The notes beneath the pieces are model-generated. The model had not been told where the DNA came from. It saw only the letters and a program-made list of their open reading frames with translations, and ran no database searches. A stretch of DNA of 64,000 bases from Bacillota bacterium. GTDB taxonomy: Bacteria > Bacillota > Clostridia > Acetivibrionales > DTU013. Positions 57,387 through 64,000 of this stretch are shown piece after piece; position 1 is the first letter of the stretch; the number at the start of each line of letters is the position of its first letter. The stretch lies in the NCBI GenBank assembly GCA_023435925.1, contig JAEZLF010000135.1:6768-70767 (forward strand), written 5' to 3'. The position numbers and the translations under genes are program-made.

Positions 57387-58019
57387 ATGGTAACGATTGA
57401 ACAGAAACTTTCACTTTTTTCAAAGCTTCTGCATCGGCAAATGAATGATAAATTGACAGAAGAAATGGAACAGCTGAAAAAAGAGTATGAAGTAAAGATT
57501 CAAAAAAATAAGGCCGCAGTCGACAAAGAGGCTGAGGAGATCATAAATAAGGCCCGCAGAAAAGCAGAGGCGGAAAAAACAGAACTGATCAGTAAAAACA
57601 GGATCGGCTTAAAGAGAGAATATATGTCTGTAAAAGAAAAGCAGGTTGCTGTGCTGATGAAACGTCTTTATTCCGAGATAGATAATTTTATGCAGTCGGA
57701 GAAGTACGAAGCATATTTGCTGTCGTTGGTTAGAAAGCTGGCAGACACGGAACAACTCTCTGAAAACCTGATTATTTACATGACTGCAGGGGATTCTGAA
57801 AAGTATGGAGAACGGATTAAAAATGAATTTCAGAGACTGCATCATGCTGCCTGCTCTTTACGAATAGCAGAGGATCATATCCTTGGCGGATTTATAGTAG
57901 AGGATCCCACAGCCAACACCAGAATCGACTCGTCTGTTGAAGCGCTTCTGGAAGACAGCAGGGCTTATATCATGCAAACGCTATTTCAGGCAATAGAAGC
58001 AGGTGATGGGAATGGATAA
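57387..58019 (+). CDS. V-type ATPase subunit E
   Basis: ATG 57387 follows GAGGTGA. The N-terminal charged helix and C-terminal globular part (GGFIVEDPTANTRIDSS) are typical of subunit E. Confidence 0.75.
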   Translation: MVTIEQKLSLFSKLLHRQMNDKLTEEMEQLKKEYEVKIQKNKAAVDKEAEEIINKARRKAEAEKTELISKNRIGLKREYMSVKEKQVAVLMKRLYSEIDNFMQSEKYEAYLLSLVRKLADTEQLSENLIIYMTAGDSEKYGERIKNEFQRLHHAACSLRIAEDHILGGFIVEDPTANTRIDSSVEALLEDSRAYIMQTLFQAIEAGDGNG

Positions 58020-59781
58020 AAACGAAGGCATTGTAAAGGAAATCAACGGACCTGTTGTGAAGGGTATCCAAATGGGTTCATTCAAGCTCAATGAAATGGT
58101 TACCGTCGGGAAGCAAAAGCTGATCGGCGAAGTTGTATCAATCGACGGTGATGTTGCCACAGTGCAGGTATATGAAGAGACAGAAGGCCTTCAGGCGGGA
58201 GAAAAAATTCTATATACAGGAAGTCCGCTTTCTGCAACATTGGGACCGGGAATGCTTGGCAATATATTTGACGGTATACAGAGGCCATTGGGAAAGATCA
58301 ACACCCTGTCAGAGAATTTTATTCCGGAGGGAATCGGTCTGTTATCTCTTGATGAGGAAAAGCAATGGGAAGCTCATATGACAGTGAAGCCCGGGGATGT
58401 TCTTCAGCCGGGAATGGTATATGCAACGGTGCAGGAAACCCTTAGTATTACTCACAAGCTGATGGTTCCCTGGCATTCCGGCGGAAAAGTAACTGAAGTA
58501 AAGCCGGATGGATTGTACACACTGAACGATACGGTTGTTGTGCTGGAAAAGGCCAACAAGGAAAAGGTATCCCTCACACTGGCCAGTAAATGGCCGGTTA
58601 GGTCACCCAGACCTATAAAACGAAGAATACCAATCTATAAGCCGCTGATCACAGGCCAGCGTGTCATCGACAGCTTTTATCCCGTCGCTAAGGGCGGAAC
58701 GGTGGGAATACCAGGAGGATTTGGAACTGGGAAAACTGTTACGCAGCATCAATTAGCGAAATGGAGCGACGCGGATATTATCATATATATTGGCTGTGGA
58801 GAACGTGGAAATGAGATGACGGACGTGCTTGAGGAATTTCCTGCATTGATGGATCCAAGAACGGGAAGGCCGTTGATGGAGAGGACCATCCTTATTGCCA
58901 ATACCTCCAACATGCCTGTGGCGGCTCGTGAAGCCTGCATCTATACAGGCATCACAATGGCAGAGTATTACAGAGATATGGGGTATGACGTGGCGATCAT
59001 GGCTGACTCGACATCAAGATGGGCAGAAGCTCTGCGGGAAATATCAGGACGTCTGGAAGAAATGCCTGCGGAAGAAGGCTATCCTGCTTATCTTCCGTCA
59101 AGACTTGCTGAATTCTACGAAAGGGCAGGCTGTGTTGAAACACTAAATGGACAAGAGGCGTCAGTCACTATTATTGGTGCGGTTTCACCTCCGGGCGGTG
59201 ACTTCTCGGAACCTGTTACAGAGAACACCAAGCGGTTTGTCACGACCTTTCTGGCTCTGGACAAGAAGCTTGCCTATGCAAGACATTATCCAGCTATTAA
59301 TTATCTTACGAGCTACAGCGGATATATTAACATGCTGGAAGACTGGTACAGTGAGAATGTTGCGCCTGATATGCTGGAATTGAGAGCAAAAATGGTAAAA
59401 CTTCTTCAGGAGGAGGAGAAGCTGAACGAAATCGTTCAGCTGGTCGGAGAAGATGTACTTCCGAATGACCAGGCACTGGTATTGGAGATCGCCAGGATTA
59501 TAAAAAAAGGCTTTTTACAGCAGAATGCACTACATAAGGAAGATACGTATGCAGTCCTTGAAAAACAGTATAAAATGCTTAAACTCATTGACGAGCTGTA
59601 TGAAAATGCTCTGAGGTGTGTAAAAATGGACATACCAATCTCTATGATAAAAAGCCAGGAAGTCATGCAGGATGTTTTGAAGATGAAATATGATATACCG
59701 AATGACAGGCTAGAGCTGCTGGATCAGCTAAGGGAAAGGATTGTAGAAACCTATTATAACCTGAGCCGGAAATATGAATAA
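58012..59781 (+). CDS. ntpA: V-type ATPase catalytic subunit A
   Basis: Walker A GGFGTGKT and the characteristic non-homologous insert. Possible starts are 58003, 58006 and 58012; 58012 has the best AGGTG spacing. Confidence 0.95.
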   Translation: MDKNEGIVKEINGPVVKGIQMGSFKLNEMVTVGKQKLIGEVVSIDGDVATVQVYEETEGLQAGEKILYTGSPLSATLGPGMLGNIFDGIQRPLGKINTLSENFIPEGIGLLSLDEEKQWEAHMTVKPGDVLQPGMVYATVQETLSITHKLMVPWHSGGKVTEVKPDGLYTLNDTVVVLEKANKEKVSLTLASKWPVRSPRPIKRRIPIYKPLITGQRVIDSFYPVAKGGTVGIPGGFGTGKTVTQHQLAKWSDADIIIYIGCGERGNEMTDVLEEFPALMDPRTGRPLMERTILIANTSNMPVAAREACIYTGITMAEYYRDMGYDVAIMADSTSRWAEALREISGRLEEMPAEEGYPAYLPSRLAEFYERAGCVETLNGQEASVTIIGAVSPPGGDFSEPVTENTKRFVTTFLALDKKLAYARHYPAINYLTSYSGYINMLEDWYSENVAPDMLELRAKMVKLLQEEEKLNEIVQLVGEDVLPNDQALVLEIARIIKKGFLQQNALHKEDTYAVLEKQYKMLKLIDELYENALRCVKMDIPISMIKSQEVMQDVLKMKYDIPNDRLELLDQLRERIVETYYNLSRKYE

Positions 59782-59813
59782 CGAGTTGAGAAAAGATTGA
59801 GGGATGTAGATTT

Positions 59814-61199
59814 ATGAGAAAAGAATACTTGAAGCTTGAAAAGGTGGAAGGTCCTCTTATCGTTCTTTCTAATGTGAAGGATGCCGCTTATGGCGAAATG
59901 GTAACCATCAAGGTTGATCATGAAGAAACGAGAAAAGGAAAAATTATAAAAATTGAAGGATCAAATGTCATTATTCAGGTATTTGAAGGAACTTCCGGCA
60001 TATCAACATATAATTCTGCTGTCACGTTCTCCGGTGAACCGATGACCATTCCTTTATCCAGGGAGATACTTGGAAGAACCTTTAATGGCGTAGGCGAACC
60101 GATTGACGGTGCATACCAGATCGTGTCATCCACCAGGCAAAATATCAATGGGCGGCCTATTAATCCGATAGCACGAAGATATCCGAGAAATTTCATACAG
60201 ACTGGGATATCCTCCATCGATGCATTGATGACCTTGATCAGAGGGCAGAAGCTTCCCATATTTTCTGGAAATGGTATAGCACATAATGATCTGGCTGCTC
60301 AAATTGTCAAGCAGGCTAAGATTGAAGGTGCCAACAGTGATAATTTTGCGGTTGTATTTGGAGCAATGGGTGTCCGGCATGACGATGCTGATTTCTTCAT
60401 GAAGAACTTCCAGTCTTCCGGCGTATTAGACCATGTTGTTATGTATATTAATACGGCGGATGCACCGATTGTCGAGAGAATATCCACTCCGAGATGTGCA
60501 CTGACTGCTGCGGAATATCTGGCATTTCAGAATAATATGCATGTGCTGGTCATTCTTACCGATATGACAAGCTATGCGGAAGCCTTGCGTGAGATATCTT
60601 CCGCAAAGGAGGAGGTTCCGTCACGTAAGGGATATCCCGGATATTTGTACAGTGACCTTTCTACTTTATATGAAAGAGCAGGAATGCTGAAGGGTAAGGA
60701 AGGCTCTATTACACTGATACCCATACTAACCATGCCCAACGACGATATTACACATCCGATTCCAGATCTGACAGGTTTTATTACGGAAGGCCAGATTGTT
60801 TTGAACCGTGAGTTTAACCAGAAGAGCATCTATCCGCCGATAGACATTCTTCCTTCATTATCGCGTCTGATGAAAGATGGAATTGGAGAAGACTACACAA
60901 GAGAAGATCATGCAGATCTTTCCAGTCAGATTTTTGCAGCTTATTCACGGGTGCAGGATGTCCGGTCATTATCGCAGATTATTGGTGAAGAGGATCTGAG
61001 CGATATTGATAAGCTTTATCTGGAATTCGGGCGCCAGTTGGAGAGTAGGTTCATTTCACAAGGCCGGAATGACAACAGGGATATCATTGATACGCTGGAT
61101 CTTGGATGGGAGATTTTGTCCATACTCCCTGCCAGCGAACTGGACCGGGTACAATCCGGGATGATCGAGAAATATTACCGGGGTGACGGGGAGAGATAG
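59814..61199 (+). CDS. ntpB: V-type ATPase subunit B
   Basis: 461 aa with the conserved B-subunit core ([28 protein letters not shown]). Confidence 0.95.
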   Translation: MRKEYLKLEKVEGPLIVLSNVKDAAYGEMVTIKVDHEETRKGKIIKIEGSNVIIQVFEGTSGISTYNSAVTFSGEPMTIPLSREILGRTFNGVGEPIDGAYQIVSSTRQNINGRPINPIARRYPRNFIQTGISSIDALMTLIRGQKLPIFSGNGIAHNDLAAQIVKQAKIEGANSDNFAVVFGAMGVRHDDADFFMKNFQSSGVLDHVVMYINTADAPIVERISTPRCALTAAEYLAFQNNMHVLVILTDMTSYAEALREISSAKEEVPSRKGYPGYLYSDLSTLYERAGMLKGKEGSITLIPILTMPNDDITHPIPDLTGFITEGQIVLNREFNQKSIYPPIDILPSLSRLMKDGIGEDYTREDHADLSSQIFAAYSRVQDVRSLSQIIGEEDLSDIDKLYLEFGRQLESRFISQGRNDNRDIIDTLDLGWEILSILPASELDRVQSGMIEKYYRGDGER

Positions 61200-61201
61200 A
61201 A

Positions 61202-61825
61202 ATGGCTGTGTTGATAGCACCGACAAAATCCAATCTCATAAAAGCAAAATCTTCTCTGGCACTTTCCAAAAAGGGTTTTGAGTTGCTGGATAAAAAGCGA
61301 AATGTTCTGATCAAGGAAATGATGAACATGGTCGACAAAGCAAAAGGTATCCAAACAGAAATTTATGCCATCATTGCACAGGCCTATCAGGCTCTGCAGG
61401 TGGCAAACCTCACAATGGGAATCCGGGATGTTGATGATATCACGAATAGTATCCCAAATGATGAATCATTTGAAGTGCTGCTCAAAAGTGTTATGGGAGT
61501 TGACATACCCATGGTGAAGTACAAAAGGCAGGAGATTTTACCCACATACGGATTCTTCAACACAAATACCTCTCTGGATCAGGCAAGGCATCAATTCCAT
61601 GAGGTTCGTTATAGAATTTATGAGTTGGCGGAAATAGAAAATTCTATATTTAAGCTTGCAAAAGAAATCGAGAAAACGAATAAAAGGACCAATGCGCTGC
61701 AGCATATACAGATTCCCAAATATAAGGAGCAGGTGAAGTATATTCAAGATGTCCTTGAAGAAAAGGAAAGGGAAGATTTTTTCAGGCTTAAAAAGGTAAA
61801 GAAAAAGATCAGACATATCAAATGA
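61202..61825 (+). CDS. ntpD: V-type ATPase subunit D (central stalk)
   Basis: 207 aa with N-terminus PTKSNLIKAKSSLALSKKGFELLDKKRNVL and C-terminus TNALQHIQIPKYKEQVKYI. Confidence 0.9.
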   Translation: MAVLIAPTKSNLIKAKSSLALSKKGFELLDKKRNVLIKEMMNMVDKAKGIQTEIYAIIAQAYQALQVANLTMGIRDVDDITNSIPNDESFEVLLKSVMGVDIPMVKYKRQEILPTYGFFNTNTSLDQARHQFHEVRYRIYELAEIENSIFKLAKEIEKTNKRTNALQHIQIPKYKEQVKYIQDVLEEKEREDFFRLKKVKKKIRHIK

Positions 61826-61969
61826 GAGATTCATGGGTTGTCTATGAACTGTCCATGTATTTGCTGTGCCAAACCTTTCTTTTGGTTGTATAATGGCAGG
61901 ATACGGTATATAATAGGACTAGACTTGCGTACCAATCGTCATTATTTTATTTTTTGGGGGAATGTAATC

Positions 61970-63154
61970 GTGCTGTTATTCTATGTTTGTGTTGCGGTCA
62001 GCATATTTTTCTGCCTTTTTTGGTTGGCACAGCTAGTTTTCTTTAAGCTTCACCTAAGCTGGACAAACCGGATAATTCCTTCCGGGGAAGAAGATGAAAA
62101 GGTCGGTGTCAGCATCATTCACCCGATCAAGGATCTTGACTTCGAGCTGGATAAGAACCTGGAGGCATGGTTCAATCAGGATTACAGAGGCCCTGTGGAA
62201 CATATATTCAGCTTCCAGACACCGGATGATCCCGCTATTCCCGTTGTTCAGTCCATGATGGAGAAATATCAGAAAATAGATTGTTCCCTTATCGTAAACC
62301 CTGTAATACAGGGACTTAACGGGAAAAGCTCCAATATGGTCAACGGTATGAAACAGGCTAAATATGATATCGTGATGTTTGGCGATAGTGATGTCAGAAT
62401 CAAGAGAGATTTTATCATCAAGATGGTAAGGCCTCTTAAGGATGAGAATGTGGGCATAACTACATGCGGACAGATCAACATTGGAGGCAGAGATTTCTGG
62501 ACCCGGTTCTTTACTTTTACCCAGAATAGTGAAACAGATTTTATATGGGCATTTTTGACAAAGTTGGGTATAGACGTTGGAGCTACCGGTGCGGCATTTG
62601 CCATGAGTAAGCAGCTGCTTAAGGAAATAGGCGGTTTGGAAGCCTTCGGCAGTTCGCTGCTGGAAGATCTTTTCCTTGGAAATACTCTTTATAAAATGGG
62701 ATATAAGCTTGTGCTCGGACCATTTCTGGAGTGCCACGTGCAAAAGCTTGATAAGGAGAAATCCTTTAATTATGCAAGGCGTCTGGCATCCGGCATTAAG
62801 GCGCATATAGCGGTTGAGCTTCCATCCTTTATACTTATGATGTTCTGGTATTGGTTGATATTGATACTGGGCCTTATCTTTAGAAATGAGAATGTCATGA
62901 TCCTTGGCATGATTTGCATGTTTTTGCGCATCATACAGGGGCTGGCTATGAGGGTGCTGTCCGATAACAAGCTCATGCCGCTGGACATTATTACACCGTT
63001 GTTCTTTGATCTATTTGCCACCTTCTATCTGATGTTTTCCTTCAGCAACCCCTATGTCACTTGGAGAGGAATCAAATATGAGGTGAAAAAGGGTGGCTAT
63101 ATTGAAGAAACGTTTGATGCCGACATACTGGAAGAAGAGCATGTAAAAGGCTGA
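61970..63154 (+). CDS. membrane glycosyltransferase, GT2 superfamily (ceramide-glucosyltransferase/GT21-like)
   Basis: An N-terminal TM segment, then VSIIHPIKDLD...GKSSNMVNGMKQAKYDIVMFGDSDV (DxD-like) and C-terminal TM segments. The start is uncertain: GTG 61970 after GGGGGA, or the track ATG at 61838. Confidence 0.6.
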   Translation: MLLFYVCVAVSIFFCLFWLAQLVFFKLHLSWTNRIIPSGEEDEKVGVSIIHPIKDLDFELDKNLEAWFNQDYRGPVEHIFSFQTPDDPAIPVVQSMMEKYQKIDCSLIVNPVIQGLNGKSSNMVNGMKQAKYDIVMFGDSDVRIKRDFIIKMVRPLKDENVGITTCGQINIGGRDFWTRFFTFTQNSETDFIWAFLTKLGIDVGATGAAFAMSKQLLKEIGGLEAFGSSLLEDLFLGNTLYKMGYKLVLGPFLECHVQKLDKEKSFNYARRLASGIKAHIAVELPSFILMMFWYWLILILGLIFRNENVMILGMICMFLRIIQGLAMRVLSDNKLMPLDIITPLFFDLFATFYLMFSFSNPYVTWRGIKYEVKKGGYIEETFDADILEEEHVKG

Positions 63155-63157
63155 TGC

Positions 63158-63221
63158 ACCTCGTCTTCATTCGTCACCAAACTGTAGAGGGTATCGTCTT
63201 CGGCAGATACAGATGAAATTC
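63158..63221 (-). repeat. dispersed structured element, copy C (truncated, inverted orientation)
   Basis: The reverse complement GAATTTCATCTGTATCTGCCGAAGACGATACCCTCTACAG...GACGAATGAAGACGAGG aligns with the first ~64 nt of copies A and B. Similarity stops 4 nt from the glycosyltransferase stop codon. Confidence 0.7.
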
Positions 63222-63232
63222 CATTGCAAAAG

Positions 63233-63257
63233 CAAAAAAAGGAGCTATAGCAGCTCC
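63233..63257 (-). terminator. intrinsic terminator overlapping the stop codon of the GNAT-like gene
   Basis: The minus strand reads GGAGCT-GCTAT-AGCTCC followed by T7. The TAG stop sits in the loop. Confidence 0.75.
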
Positions 63258-64000
63258 TTTTTATATATCCTGTAGGTTTTGTATTTCGTTGCGCCTGTTC
63301 CCTCAATATCGGCTCTCATCCGCAGATTGGTTTCTCCGATGGTAGAGCCCTCTCCCCAGGTGTAACCCTTATTTATACCATTTTTAAAGGCGGTATGATA
63401 GATCGCAAAGGATACTCCCTTGCTTCTGAATTCCGGTATCACAAACATGACAAACATGCGAGCGCTTTTAATCTTCCGCTTGTACCAAAGATATTTTAAC
63501 GCACCCCATGGTGTAATCCTTCCGTTCAGGTGAATCAAAACCTGATTATAGTCTGGAAGGGAGATTGCAAAGCCAATGGCTTCGTCTCCGCAGCGGGCGA
63601 TAGGAATCAACGACGGGTCTGCCAGCGGAACAAGCCTTTTAGCCATCTCGCGCACCTCATCAAGGGTGGGCGGTACAAGATCGGGCCATTCTTCCGGCAT
63701 CGCTTTATCCATAACTTGCTTGAGTGCCTTTATTTCATTTTCCAGATCATTTAAATTCAATGTATCAACTCTAAAACCATAGCGCTTCTGAGCATACTCG
63801 ATGACCTTTGAAGGATCCTTTTTAAACATGAGTTCCTTATCAAGATGATAGGCATAAACATCGTAGTATTTTGCAAAACCGTATTTTTCCATCAAATCAA
63901 CATAATAGGCGGGATTGTATGAATTCATGAGAACGGGTGGTCTGTCGAAGCAATCCACAAGCAAGCCTTTATTTTCATCTCCGTCTGTACCGGTTACCGC
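63245..64000 (-). CDS. uncharacterised GNAT-like acyltransferase-fold protein, 5'-partial (N-terminus beyond the window)
   Basis: The reading frame stays open from 63964 to the window end, and the track start is a TTG. The C-terminal part (IGFAISLPDYNQVL...FVIPEFRSKGVSFAIY) resembles a GNAT acetyl-CoA-binding region. Confidence 0.45.
   Translation of the reverse strand, partial: AVTGTDGDENKGLLVDCFDRPPVLMNSYNPAYYVDLMEKYGFAKYYDVYAYHLDKELMFKKDPSKVIEYAQKRYGFRVDTLNLNDLENEIKALKQVMDKAMPEEWPDLVPPTLDEVREMAKRLVPLADPSLIPIARCGDEAIGFAISLPDYNQVLIHLNGRITPWGALKYLWYKRKIKSARMFVMFVIPEFRSKGVSFAIYHTAFKNGINKGYTWGEGSTIGETNLRMRADIEGTGATKYKTYRIYKKELL

Noticed and set aside
61838-61969. Cys-rich N-terminal extension (MSMNCPCICCAKPFFW...) of the glycosyltransferase ORF, possibly a metal-binding or lipidation motif.
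   Set aside because: No RBS precedes ATG 61838, which lies 12 nt after the subunit D stop. A GTG at 61970 preceded by GGGGGA starts right at the first TM helix. The extension is probably untranslated, but this is unresolved.

Overview
This is a chromosomal segment from a sugar-degrading, spore-forming Firmicute that looks Clostridia-like (GerM, LplABC-type sugar ABC systems with YesM/YesN-type control, V-type ATPase). All protein calls come from motif recognition in the supplied translations. No database search was run.

Gene content, left to right:
- cell-wall amidase (5' partial), gerM, rdgB, a metallophosphoesterase, a CoA-disulfide-reductase/rhodanese fusion, and an FmdB Zn-ribbon protein
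- an unusual non-coding region (6.4-7.05 kb) followed by an ABC-2 transporter
- a tRNA-Gly/tRNA-Arg pair with a textbook promoter and terminator
- a pectin/rhamnogalacturonan locus (ABC transporter, YesMN, GH28, GH105)
- a mannoside/N-glycan locus (two GH38, an ABC transporter, a TIM-barrel isomerase-like protein, a ThuA-Gfo/Idh/MocA fusion, GH31, GH3)
- an AraR-like regulated cluster (DapA/NanA-family lyase, an 803-aa unassigned glycosidase-like protein, DhaK/DhaL, a FucI-like isomerase, RpiB)
- msrAB, LacI-fucI, a nine-gene V-type ATPase operon, a GT2/GT21-like glycosyltransferase, and a partial GNAT-like gene

I see no transposase, integrase, CRISPR-cas or recognisable defence genes.

The observations most worth a second look:
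1. A promoter-to-terminator unit at 6605-6958 holds four tandem double-hairpin repeats with compensatory base changes and a structured 3' domain. A helically phased GACA/TGTC array lies just upstream of it.
2. A dispersed structured element of about 150 nt occurs in three copies. Two of them, in inverted orientation, bracket the 13.4 kb block from LacI to the glycosyltransferase.
3. The tRNA-Gly(UCC) has C instead of U at T-loop position 55.
4. A ThuA/Gfo-Idh-MocA fusion sits next to a TIM-barrel protein inside the mannoside locus.
5. The DhaKL/isomerase/lyase cluster has no transporter and contains an unassigned 803-aa enzyme.
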